Below, piece by piece: positions 1 to 8,668 of a DNA stretch of 64,000 nt. Below the pieces are notes generated by a model, which had not been told where the DNA came from, did no database searches, and worked only from the letters and a program-made list of their open reading frames with translations. The stretch is from Actinorugispora endophytica (lineage in GTDB: Bacteria > Actinomycetota > Actinomycetes > Streptosporangiales > Streptosporangiaceae), in assembly GCF_004363075.1 (NCBI RefSeq), contig NZ_SNYN01000005.1, forward strand, positions 187,696 through 251,695, read 5' to 3'. Made by a program: the position numbers and the translations under genes. Position 1 is the stretch's first letter. Every line of letters starts with the position of its first letter.

Positions 1-408
1 ATGAACGTCTCCGGGCACCGCATCTCCACCACCGAGGTCGAGTCCGCCCTGGTCTCGCACCCCACGGTCGCCGAGGCCGCCGTGGTGGGCGCCTCCGACC
101 CCACGACCGGCCAGGGCATCGTGGCCTTCGTGATCCTGCGCGGCGGCGTCGCCGAGGGCGAGGCGCGGGGCGAGGAGGCCATCGGCGCGCTGCGCGACCA
201 CGTGGCCAAGGAGATCGGCCCGATCGCCAAGCCGCGCCAGATCATGGTGGTGCCCGAGCTGCCCAAGACCCGCTCGGGCAAGATCATGCGCCGCCTGCTG
301 CGCGACGTGGCCGAGAACCGGGAGGTCGGCGACGTCACCACGCTGGCCGACTCCTCGGTGATGGACCTCATCTCGTCGGGCCTCAAGGGGGGCGGCTCCG
401 AAGAGTGA
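1..408 (+). CDS. acs: Acetyl-CoA synthetase (AMP-forming), C-terminal fragment; the 5' end lies outside the window
   Basis: The 135-aa ORF ends in the conserved Acs C-terminal block (...PKTRSGKIMRRLLRDVAEN...) and runs off the window start. Confidence 0.8.
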   Translation: MNVSGHRISTTEVESALVSHPTVAEAAVVGASDPTTGQGIVAFVILRGGVAEGEARGEEAIGALRDHVAKEIGPIAKPRQIMVVPELPKTRSGKIMRRLLRDVAENREVGDVTTLADSSVMDLISSGLKGGGSEE

Positions 409-420
409 TCTAGGACACGA

Positions 421-457
421 CAAAAGGCGCGCCATGCCCGGCATGGTGCGCCTTTTG
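421..457. terminator. Bidirectional rho-independent terminator hairpin after acs
   Basis: AAAGGCGCgCCATGcccggCATGGtGCGCCTTTTGT is a GC-rich stem with A/T tracts on both sides. Confidence 0.5.
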
Positions 458-607
458 TGGTGTTAATCGATGTTACAGGCATATTTCGTCCACCAACAGT
501 GCCCACTTCATTGACACTCGTCACATTGAGCCCACATTCTTTTCGGCATGAACCTGTCAGACAGCCGGACAGCAGGGCAGCCTGGTGTCCCCGGTCGCGT
601 CAGCGCG

Positions 608-1336
608 ATGGAGGCCGTTCTCGCGAACCTGCGCGCGGCGATCGAGAACGGTGAGTTCGCCGTGGGCGCGAAACTCCCTGCCGAGACGGCTCTGGCACGG
701 CGCTACACGGTCAGCCGCTCGGTCATCAGGGAGGCGCTGAGGGCGCTCCAGGCCATCGGCATGACCGTCTCGCGCACCGGCAAGGGGACGTTCGTCCAGG
801 CCGACCGCGCGGTCGAGAACCCCACGTTCGGCTCGTACTCGGCCCGCGACCTGCTGGAGGTCCGGCTGCACGTGGAGATCCCGGTCTCGGGCTACGCGGC
901 GGACCGGCGCACCGAGGACGACCTGGACGCGCTGGGCGACCTGCTGGACCGGATGGCCTCGGAGGCCGACGACACCGACTGGGCCGCGCTGGACACGCTG
1001 TTCCACATCACCGTCGCGCAGGCGTCGGGCAACCCGGTCTTCCGCAGGGTCATCGAGGAGATCCGGGACGCCCTGGCACGCCAGTCGACCTTCGTCAACC
1101 AGATCCACGGGCGCCGGGAGCAGTCCGACACCGAGCACCGGCGCATCGTGGACGCGATCGCCGGCAGGGACCCGGACCGAGCCAGGAAGGCCATGCGCGC
1201 CCACCTCGAGAAGGTCGACACCAGCCTGAACGCCATCGTGCTGCGCGTCCCTCCCCAACCGGCCCGCGCCTCGGAGGGCGCGGACACCGGCCCCGACCAG
1301 CGACCGTCCGCGGGTCCGAAGACCTTCCCGCTCTGA
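608..1336 (+). CDS. GntR-family transcriptional regulator with a FadR-like FCD C-terminal domain
   Basis: The N-terminal wHTH reads AVGAKLPAETALARRYTVSRSVIREALRALQAIG, and the C-terminal helical FCD region carries conserved His/Asp. The ATG at 608 is in frame in the 548..1336 ORF, downstream of an AT-rich promoter-like region at 460-545 that contains TTGACA. Confidence 0.75.
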   Translation: MEAVLANLRAAIENGEFAVGAKLPAETALARRYTVSRSVIREALRALQAIGMTVSRTGKGTFVQADRAVENPTFGSYSARDLLEVRLHVEIPVSGYAADRRTEDDLDALGDLLDRMASEADDTDWAALDTLFHITVAQASGNPVFRRVIEEIRDALARQSTFVNQIHGRREQSDTEHRRIVDAIAGRDPDRARKAMRAHLEKVDTSLNAIVLRVPPQPARASEGADTGPDQRPSAGPKTFPL

Positions 1337-1551
1337 CCCCCGCTACCAGTAGGAGGTTCGACCGCCCATGCGCGCGCGGCCGCCCGGGGGGAGAAGAGGG
1401 CCGCCCGCGAACACCTGACGACTCCTGAAACACCGCACCAGCCGCACCCGACACGTTCCGGCACCGGGCGCTCTCCGAATCCCGGGCCGTGACCGAACCC
1501 CGCACAGGGCACGCTGCCCGACACCCCTTCAATACGGAAAAGATCTCTCTG

Positions 1552-3018
1552 ATGCAAGCCATGACCGACGCGCTCGGCGTCGTGAACGACAACTTCTGGA
1601 CGTTCCTCGTCATTCCGCTGCTGGTGATCGCCAGCCTCTACTTCACCGTGCGCTCGGGAGCCGTGCAGCTCAGGCTCGTACCGGAGATGCTGCGGACCAT
1701 GTTCGAGACGCCCGAGGCCGCCCCGGACGGGAAGAAGGCCATCTCGTCCTTCCAGGCGTTCTCCATCTCGGCGGCGGCCCGGGTGGGCACCGGCAACGTC
1801 GCCGGCGTGGCCATAGCGATCGCGCTGGGAGGCCCCGGCGCGGTCATGTGGATGTGGATCATGAGTATCGTCGCCGGCTCGGCCGCGTTCGTCGAGTCGA
1901 CGCTGGCCCAGCTGTACAAGGTCCGGGACAAGACCGGATACCGGGGCGGTCCCGCCTACTACATGCAGCACGGGCTGAAGGCCCGGTGGCTGGGCGTCAT
2001 CTTCGCCGTCGTCATCACCTTCACCTTCGGCTTCGTCTTCACCTCGGTCCAGTCCAACAGCATCGCCGCCGCTGTGGCCAACTCGGTCTCCACCGTGACC
2101 GGGGCCGAGCCCGGGGCGTGGCTGGCCCCCGCCGTCGGCGTCGCGCTCATGGTCCTGACCGGAGCCGTCATCTTCGGCGGCGTGCGCAGCATCGCGAACG
2201 TGGCGCAGGCGATCGTGCCGTTCATGGCGGCGGTCTACCTCCTCATGGGCATCGCGGTGGTGGCCATGAACATCGAGCAGGTCCCCGCGGTGCTCGCCGA
2301 CATCGTCACCTCCGCGTTCGGCATCCGCCAGATCGGCGCGGCCGGGCTCGGCACCGCCATCATGATGGGGGTCCGCCGCGGGCTGTTCTCCAACGAGGCC
2401 GGAATGGGCTCGGCGCCGAACGCGGGTGCCACGGCCGCGGTGAGCCACCCGGTCAAGCAGGGACTGACGCAGACCTTCGGCATCTACTTCGACACCCTGC
2501 TCGTCTGCTCCATCACCGCGTTCATCATCCTGGTGTCCGACCCGGTCTACGGGGAGCAGGTCGGCGCGGACCTGACCCAGAACGCCTTGGAGGCGAACCT
2601 GGGCTCCTGGTCGCTGCACCTGCTGACCTTCATCATCTTCCTGCTGGCCTTCACCTCGGTGCTGGGCAACTACTACTACGGCGAGTCCAACCTGACCTTC
2701 CTGAGCGCCCGGCCCGCCGTGACGCTCGGGTACCGGGTGGCCTTCCTGCTGGTGCTGTTCCTGGGTGCCGTCGCCTCGCTCAGCCTCGTCTGGACCCTGG
2801 CCGACGTGACGATGGGCGTCATGGTGGTGGTCAACCTGGTCGCCATCATCCCGATGGGCGCGCTGGCGGTCAGGCTGCTCAAGGACTACACCGACCAGCG
2901 GCGCCAGGGCCTGAACCCGGTGTTCACCCGGGACCGGCTGCCCGATGTGGAGGGCGTGCAGTGCTGGGAGCCCCAGCACGAGGAGTCGCGCGCCGAGTCC
3001 GCGCCCGCGGCCGGGTAA
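1552..3018 (+). CDS. agcS: Sodium:alanine symporter (AGCS family)
   Basis: About 10 TM segments and AGCS signature blocks (SFQAFSISAAARVGTGNVAGVA, GLFSNEAGMGSAPNAGA). The start is placed at MQAMTDAL. Confidence 0.8.
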   Translation: MQAMTDALGVVNDNFWTFLVIPLLVIASLYFTVRSGAVQLRLVPEMLRTMFETPEAAPDGKKAISSFQAFSISAAARVGTGNVAGVAIAIALGGPGAVMWMWIMSIVAGSAAFVESTLAQLYKVRDKTGYRGGPAYYMQHGLKARWLGVIFAVVITFTFGFVFTSVQSNSIAAAVANSVSTVTGAEPGAWLAPAVGVALMVLTGAVIFGGVRSIANVAQAIVPFMAAVYLLMGIAVVAMNIEQVPAVLADIVTSAFGIRQIGAAGLGTAIMMGVRRGLFSNEAGMGSAPNAGATAAVSHPVKQGLTQTFGIYFDTLLVCSITAFIILVSDPVYGEQVGADLTQNALEANLGSWSLHLLTFIIFLLAFTSVLGNYYYGESNLTFLSARPAVTLGYRVAFLLVLFLGAVASLSLVWTLADVTMGVMVVVNLVAIIPMGALAVRLLKDYTDQRRQGLNPVFTRDRLPDVEGVQCWEPQHEESRAESAPAAG

Positions 3019-3261
3019 CCACTCCGCGTGCGGGCCCCGGCCGCGGTCCGGGCCGGGGCCCGCGTGCGGGGCAGCCGTCTTCCGAGGGGCCGGGCCGTAT
3101 CGCCGGCTCCCGGGGGCGCCCGCCCCGGAGACCCGCGGGGAGGCCCCCGCCCTCCTGGGGGAGGGGCCCGGATGACCACGGCCCGCGCTCAGGGTCGGCT
3201 CAGGGGCGGGCCAGGGGGCTTCCCGATGGGTTTTCCGGCCCGAGGCGGGCACTCTGAAAGC

Positions 3262-3522
3262 ATGAACGAGAACTTCGGTGGGAAAAGCTTCCGGCGCAGC
3301 AGCAGCAACCGACTCATCACCGGCGTGTGCGGCGGTATCGGCGAGTTCGTCGGGGTCGACGCCAACATCGTCCGCCTCGCCTTCGCCGTTTTCACCCTGC
3401 TGGGCGGCAGCGGTGTCCTGCTCTACATCATCGCCTGGCTGGTGATGCCCGAGGAGGGCGGTCGCTCCTCCGTCATCGAGCACCTCATCCGCACCTTCCA
3501 GGGCAAGGAGTCCAAGCTGTGA
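3262..3522 (+). CDS. PspC-domain membrane protein
   Basis: MNENFGGKSFRRSSSNRLITGVCGGIGEFVGVDANIVRLAFAVFTLLGGSGVLLYIIAWLVMPEE is the canonical PspC motif followed by one TM segment. The ATG at 3262 is in frame in the 3028..3522 ORF. Confidence 0.65.
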   Translation: MNENFGGKSFRRSSSNRLITGVCGGIGEFVGVDANIVRLAFAVFTLLGGSGVLLYIIAWLVMPEEGGRSSVIEHLIRTFQGKESKL

Positions 3523-3710
3523 GCTGGACCCTGCGCGCGAGGTCGGGGCGGGTGCTGAGGCTCCCCCGCGAACTGCTCGACCAGGCGGGGAAGACCGACG
3601 GCCAGGCCCGGTCCGAGCCGTCCCCGCAGGGAGGATCGGGCGCTTCGGACACTCCGGACGGCGCCTGCTCCGGCTAGGGCGCTCCCGCTGCCGTCCGGCC
3701 TGGCCAGGTC

Positions 3711-5078
3711 CTACTGGGACTCGGAGCGGTGCATCAGCTCGACGGTGCCGCGCGAGAGGCGGGACCAGGGGATCGACAGGCCCAGCGCGCCCAGGGAGCC
3801 GAGGGCGCCCGCGGCGACGATGACGGGCTGGCTGCCGGTGAACTCCACCAGGAGGCTGGCCGTCGCGATGCCGATGCCCTGGACGACCTGCAGGCCGGCC
3901 GCCACCAGGCCGAACGCCAGGCCCCGGCCCGCCGCGGGCGCGCACAGGACGAAGGCGGCGTTGGCCACGAACTGGTAGGACGCCGCCATACCCGAGAGCA
4001 CCAGCAGGACCGCCATGAGCCACAGCGGAGGACCGAACACCCAGGCCGTCAACGGCAGCGACGCCGCCACCGCCATCGGGGCCAGGAGGCGCATCCGCGT
4101 CGGGGGGCCGATCAGCCGGGTGAGGACGAGCCCGCCGAACACCGCCCCGACCGACGGGGAGGCCATGATGAGGCCGGCGACCGCCGCGCCTCCGCCGATC
4201 TCGGCGGCCATCGGGTTGGCCAGCCCGTAGGGAACGATGTAGCACCCGGCGAGCCAGGCGAGCAGGGCCAGTGTGCGCAGGTGCGCGTCCCCGAAGACCA
4301 GCCGGGCGCCGCCCCGGACGACCTTCCACAGGCCCGGGCGCTCGGAGCCCTCGACGGTCGGGGCGGGGCGGGACCGCACGCCCAGCGCGATGATGGCCGC
4401 GGAGAGAAGGAAGGTCAGCCCGTTGTAGACGACGGTGGTGCGCGCGTCGACCAGCGCGACCACGGCCCCGCCCGCGGCCAGCCCCACGAGAGTGCCCACC
4501 TGCGTGGTCAGGTTGATGAGCGTGGACCCGGCGACGAAGCGCTCGCCCTGAACGATCTGGGACATCAGCGCCGCGCGCGCCGCCCCGAACGGCAGCATCG
4601 GCAGGACCGAGCAGAACAGCAGCAGCCAGATGCCCCAGACCGGCAACCCGGGGATGCCGATGCACATGACCAGCGCGGCGCGGAGCACGTCGCTGACGAC
4701 CATGACGCTGCGGCGTGGGAACAGGTCGGCCAGACCCGACAGCAGCGGGCCGGCGATGAGGGGCGACAGGAAGGTCAGGGCGAGGGTGAGGCCGCTGGCC
4801 AGGGCGGAGCCCGTCTGCCGGAAGACCAGTACGGTGACGGCGATGTTCAGCAGGTAGTTGCCGGTCATCGAGAGCGCGTGGGCCAGCCACATCACCCGGA
4901 ACTCGCCGACCCGGACCACGTCCCGGTAGCTGTTCCGCCAGTCCGGCCCGGAGGCGTCGCCCTTCGGGGACGGCCTTTCCCCGGTGCCGGCGGTTCCGGT
5001 GACGGCCAGCGACTCGTGGCTCCCCGCGCTCTGACGCGGGATGTCGAAGCCGCGGCTGCCCGTACGTGGATCACGCAC
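3711..5078 (-). CDS. MFS transporter (exact start uncertain)
   Basis: 12-TM pattern with an MFS-type N-terminus (...RNSYRDVVRVGEFRVMWLAHALSMTGN...) and conserved Arg-rich loops. Confidence 0.7.
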   Translation of the reverse strand: MRDPRTGSRGFDIPRQSAGSHESLAVTGTAGTGERPSPKGDASGPDWRNSYRDVVRVGEFRVMWLAHALSMTGNYLLNIAVTVLVFRQTGSALASGLTLALTFLSPLIAGPLLSGLADLFPRRSVMVVSDVLRAALVMCIGIPGLPVWGIWLLLFCSVLPMLPFGAARAALMSQIVQGERFVAGSTLINLTTQVGTLVGLAAGGAVVALVDARTTVVYNGLTFLLSAAIIALGVRSRPAPTVEGSERPGLWKVVRGGARLVFGDAHLRTLALLAWLAGCYIVPYGLANPMAAEIGGGAAVAGLIMASPSVGAVFGGLVLTRLIGPPTRMRLLAPMAVAASLPLTAWVFGPPLWLMAVLLVLSGMAASYQFVANAAFVLCAPAAGRGLAFGLVAAGLQVVQGIGIATASLLVEFTGSQPVIVAAGALGSLGALGLSIPWSRLSRGTVELMHRSESQ

Positions 5079-5265
5079 TCTGACGCCCCCCGCCTTGACT
5101 AACTCTTAGTCGCTATTTGATAACATAGCGTCTCTAGTCAAGGGTTGGGAGCGCAAGCGGTTCAGGGGAAAACACGTCTGATTCGTTGCGTTCGACATGG
5201 TCGGCTTTCCTTTACGGCCCTGATCCGCGCGGTGAGCGTGGAAACAGTCGCCCCGAAAAGACCGG

Positions 5266-5610
5266 CTACGCCCAGCCGAGTTCGTGCAGCCGCTCGTCGT
5301 CGATCCCGAAGTGGTGCGCGATCTCGTGCACGACGGTGATCCGCACCTCGTCCACGACGTCCTCGGCCGTCTCGCAGACCGCGAGGATCTCCCGCCAGTA
5401 GATGAACACCTGGTCGGGCAGCACCCCGCTGTACCCGTCCCCGCGCTCGGTCAGCGGGATGCCCTCGTACAGCCCCAGCAGCCCCGGAACCGGGGGGTCC
5501 TCCGCGATGGTGATCACAACGTTGTCCATGAAGCGGGTCAGCTCGGGTGGGATGGTGTCGAGGGCGTCGGCGACGAGTTCTTCGAACCGCGCACGGGAGG
5601 TTTCGCTCAC
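5266..5610 (-). CDS. Small zinc metallopeptidase-family protein (HExxH)
   Basis: 114 aa beginning VSETSRARFEEL..., with a GTG start at 5610 and a C-terminal HEIAHHFGIDDERLHELGW motif. The upstream in-frame extension in the track is a GC artefact. Confidence 0.7.
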   Translation of the reverse strand: MSETSRARFEELVADALDTIPPELTRFMDNVVITIAEDPPVPGLLGLYEGIPLTERGDGYSGVLPDQVFIYWREILAVCETAEDVVDEVRITVVHEIAHHFGIDDERLHELGWA

Positions 5611-5695
5611 GTCTCGTATTGTGCGGCAGAGGGGTAGTGAAAGCGAAGGGGTGCGGGTGCGGCGTTCCACGGGTGGGAGGGGCGAAGGAGGCGCT

Positions 5696-7276
5696 GTGGA
5701 CCTGAGGGCGGTTCTGTACCGGTTCCACCGGGCCGTCCGTCGGGAGCGCCTGGGCGAGCTGCGGGGGCTGGCCGGGCGCGTCCGCCGGGGCAGGGCCTGG
5801 CGCGCCGGCGCGGTGGTCGTCGCCGCGTTCGTCGGCGGCTGGATCGGCCTGTCCCTGGGCGGCCAGGTGCTCACGCCGATCGGTCCGGCGGACGTCAACC
5901 TCAGCGTCAGCCCCTCGTGGCGCGGCGAGACGGTCCTGAACATCGCCCCCCTCGGCAAGCTCGCCTTCGACACGCACGCCGCGCCGCTGCGCTTCGAGGC
6001 CACGATCGCCGAGATCCGGCTGGCCGCGGCCGAGGAGCTGTTCGAGAACCCCGAGGCGATCAACCGCCTCGGGGCGAGCATCGTCGCCGACCTGCGTCAG
6101 GGGGTCATCGACCTGGCGGTCCAGGCGCTGCTGTTCTCGGTCGCGGGCGCCGCGCTGGTGGCGCTGCTGGTCTTCCGGAGCTGGGTGCGCGCCCTGCTCA
6201 GCGCGGCCGTCTCCCTGGCGGTCCTGGCGGCGGCCGGCGGGGTGACGTACCTCTCCTTCAACCCCGGCGCGATCGCGGAGCCCCGCTACACCGGCCTGCT
6301 GGCGGGCGCGCCCCAGGTGGTGGGCAGCGCGGAGGACGTGATCAACCACTTCTCGGAGTACCAGACGCAGCTGGCGAGCCTGGTGGGCAACGTGTCGCGG
6401 CTGTACGAGGTCACGGCGGCGCTGCCCGTCTACGAGGACGACGGCTCCACGATCCGCGTGCTGCACGTCTCCGACCTGCACCTCAACCCCGCCGCGTGGA
6501 ACGTCGTCGACTCGCTCGTGGAGCAGTTCCAGGCGGACGTGGTCGTGGACTCCGGGGACATCTCCGACCGGGGCAGCGCGGCCGAGGACGTGTTCATGGA
6601 CGAGATCGCGGACCTGGACGTGCCGTACGTGTGGGTCCGCGGCAACCACGACTCGATGGGCACCCAGCGGGCGGTCCAGGCCCAGCCGAACGCGGTGGTG
6701 CTGGACGACGAGATCGCGGAGGTGGCGGGGCTGCGCTTCTACGGCGCGGGCGACCCCCGGTTCACCCCCGACAAGGCGCTGGACAACCCCACGAACGAAG
6801 AGGTCGCCGCGCTCGGCGCGGAGCAGGCGCGCGGTATCGAGGGCGTCGAGCCGCCGGTGGACGTGGCGGTGCTGCACGACCCGCTGCAGGGGGAGGCTTT
6901 CAGCGGGGAGGTGCCGCTGGTGCTGTCCGGGCACGGCCACCGGCGCTGGACCGAGCTGGAGCCCACGGGCACCCGGTTCTTCGTGCAGGGCTCCACGGGA
7001 GGGGCGGGGCTGCGCGGCCTCGACCACGGGGAGGACGAGCCCACCCCGTACGAGGCGTCGGTGCTGTACTTCGACGCCGAGACCAGGCGCCTCCAGGCGT
7101 GGGACGACGTGACCCTGGGCGGTCTGGGGCTGAGCTCGGCCCAGATCGAGCGCCACATCGAGGCCGATCCGACACGCCGGATCACCCCGGCCACCGCCTC
7201 CCCCGCCCCGTCGGGGACTCCCACGCCGTCGGGGACGCCCTCCACGCCCTCCCCACCTGCGGAATCGCCTCGGTAG
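5696..7276 (+). CDS. Membrane-anchored calcineurin-like metallophosphoesterase
   Basis: GTG start preceded by AAGGAGG. N-terminal TM segments are followed by MPE motifs (VLHVSDLHLN, DSGDISDRG, VWVRGNHDS, VLSGHGHRR) and a Pro/Thr/Ser-rich C-terminal tail. Confidence 0.7.
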   Translation: MDLRAVLYRFHRAVRRERLGELRGLAGRVRRGRAWRAGAVVVAAFVGGWIGLSLGGQVLTPIGPADVNLSVSPSWRGETVLNIAPLGKLAFDTHAAPLRFEATIAEIRLAAAEELFENPEAINRLGASIVADLRQGVIDLAVQALLFSVAGAALVALLVFRSWVRALLSAAVSLAVLAAAGGVTYLSFNPGAIAEPRYTGLLAGAPQVVGSAEDVINHFSEYQTQLASLVGNVSRLYEVTAALPVYEDDGSTIRVLHVSDLHLNPAAWNVVDSLVEQFQADVVVDSGDISDRGSAAEDVFMDEIADLDVPYVWVRGNHDSMGTQRAVQAQPNAVVLDDEIAEVAGLRFYGAGDPRFTPDKALDNPTNEEVAALGAEQARGIEGVEPPVDVAVLHDPLQGEAFSGEVPLVLSGHGHRRWTELEPTGTRFFVQGSTGGAGLRGLDHGEDEPTPYEASVLYFDAETRRLQAWDDVTLGGLGLSSAQIERHIEADPTRRITPATASPAPSGTPTPSGTPSTPSPPAESPR

Positions 7277-7381
7277 CGGAGGCTGCGCAAACCACTTTGG
7301 CACTTGGTCCGGATCTCCCCTATGCTTGACCCGTCCCCGACGGCAGGCGAAACGGGAAATGACGACTCGTTCGTCGTCGAG

Positions 7382-7454
7382 GCCCCCATCGTCTAGTGGC
7401 CTAGGACGCCGCCCTTTCAAGGCGGTAACACGGGTTCGAATCCCGTTGGGGGTA
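7382..7454 (+). tRNA. tRNA-Glu (anticodon TTC)
   Basis: Cloverleaf by eye: acceptor GCCCCCA/TGGGGGT, anticodon loop cTTTCaa, T-arm ACGGGTTCGAATCCCGT. Confidence 0.85.
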
Positions 7455-7569
7455 CTGCTCGGTTCGAAGTACTGCTGAAGGTCTGGCAGAATAGAGAACA
7501 GAGCGAAGGACGCGGAACACCTGATAGGATCGGGTTAACGCGAACGAAGCGGACAAATTGAATAAGCAA

Positions 7570-7644
7570 GGTCCTGTGGAGCAGTTTGGAGTGCTCGCCA
7601 CCCTGTCAAGGTGGAGGCCGCGGGTTCAAATCCCGTCAGGACCG
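7570..7644 (+). tRNA. tRNA-Asp (anticodon GTC)
   Basis: Acceptor GGTCCTG/CAGGACC, anticodon loop cTGTCaa, T-arm GCGGGTTCAAATCCCGT. Confidence 0.85.
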
Positions 7645-7679
7645 CTCGCCTCACTGAAAAGTGCGGCCGGGGCCAGGTA

Positions 7680-7753
7680 GCTCAGTCGGTACGAGCGTCC
7701 GCCTGAAAAGCGGAAGGTCGGCGGTTCGACCCCGCCCCTGGCCACATCCATAA
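7680..7753 (+). tRNA. tRNA-Phe (anticodon GAA)
   Basis: Acceptor GGCCAGG/CCTGGCC, D-arm GCTCAGTCGGTACGAGC, anticodon loop cTGAAaa, T-arm GGCGGTTCGACCCCGCC. Confidence 0.85.
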
Positions 7754-7772
7754 GCAGCCAGGAAGCCCGGAA

Positions 7773-7806
7773 CCCTTGCGGTTCCGGGCTTTTTTGACGA
7801 CAACGC
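7773..7806 (+). terminator. Rho-independent terminator after the tRNA cluster
   Basis: AGCCCGGAACCcttgcGGTTCCGGGCT followed by TTTTTTG. Confidence 0.7.
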
Positions 7807-7874
7807 CGACGACAACGCGGTTAGTCGAGGGCACCCCCCAGCTTCCCGAGCGTGCGCAGCGCCCGTTCGGCCCT

Positions 7875-8095
7875 CGCTCGGAATGATCATGGGCTTTCCG
7901 CCCTTTCAGACCCCGAAGCGGGCAGAAAGCCCAAGACCGCTAACGGAACCCCACGCAACGGACATCATGGGCGCGATCTTGACTCGCGCCCGCCGTCGCC
8001 GCCCGTTGTGACCTCGCGATCCGCGTGGCGTGCGGCCGAAAGACCCACCCGAAGCACCGGCACGCCGAACCACCCCCGCTCCGGCAACTCCCTAC
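7875..8095. repeat. Intergenic repeat element, copy A: a near-palindromic hairpin module plus a roughly 100-nt conserved module
   Basis: GGAATGATCAT-GGGCTTTCCGCCC...GGGCAGAAAGCCC, then ...GTGACCTCGCGATCCGCGTGGCG.GCGGCCGAAAGACCCACCCGAAGCACCGG.ACGCCGAACCACCCCCGC. It is near-identical to the element at 18150-18330. Confidence 0.6.
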
Positions 8096-8220
8096 CCCGC
8101 GTTCGGTAGTGAAGTGAAGATACTCAAAGTAGCCGATGATTACTCAACGTGAGTTTCGGGAAGGTGGTGGCCTGGGCCGCGAAGACGCGGCCGGTACGGA
8201 GCAGGGAGAGGAACCGGCAC

Positions 8221-8523
8221 ATGATGGTCCGTCGACTCGTGTCCACCGCCGTTCTCGCGGTCGCAGTTTTTTCCAGTCTGGGATTCAGTTTCGAGTCCTC
8301 GTCGTCAGACGTCGGCAACCGCATCGAATGCGCTTCCCCCTGGGGCGGCGAGACGCGCGGCGGGGTGATCATCGGCGAGCGCTGGGAGGACGACAAGGTC
8401 TCCTACCTGGTGGAGTGGGACGACGGGCGCACCGGCATCGTCACCCGGACCAAGTACTGCATCGTCGTGCCGGACGACTCGGGGTACGGGGAGTACGGCC
8501 GGTCGGTCTCCCCCACGGCGTGA
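8221..8523 (+). CDS. Hypothetical small secreted protein
   Basis: The MMVRRLVSTAVLAVAVFSSLG signal peptide is followed by a roughly 75-aa domain with 2 Cys. A GGGAGAGG RBS lies about 10 nt upstream. Confidence 0.45.
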   Translation: MMVRRLVSTAVLAVAVFSSLGFSFESSSSDVGNRIECASPWGGETRGGVIIGERWEDDKVSYLVEWDDGRTGIVTRTKYCIVVPDDSGYGEYGRSVSPTA

Positions 8524-8668
8524 TTCGGCGAGTAGGGCCGTGCCCGCGATGATCTCGACGTCGGCGTTCCCCGGAACGGACATGTCGGAACGCTGACGTC
8601 GAGATCATCGACTCCCCGCCCCGGAAACCGGCGTGAGAAGTTGATCAAGCCCGACATAATGAACGATC

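Noticed and set aside
892-4890. 1332-aa minus-strand ORF spanning the GntR, agcS and pspC loci
   Set aside because: It is antisense to three well-supported genes. Its Arg/Pro/Gly-rich low-complexity translation is typical of off-frame high-GC DNA, and it has no recognisable domain.
5162-7420. 752-aa minus-strand ORF and the overlapping 5917..7329 plus-strand ORF
   Set aside because: Both overlap the metallophosphoesterase gene in other frames, have R/G/P-biased composition and no motifs. They are GC-frame artefacts.
7382-7753. Possibility that the tRNA cluster marks an integrated element (tRNA genes are common integration sites)
   Set aside because: The downstream sequence contains no integrase or recombinase and no direct repeat of a tRNA 3' end, only the intergenic repeat element and ordinary genes.
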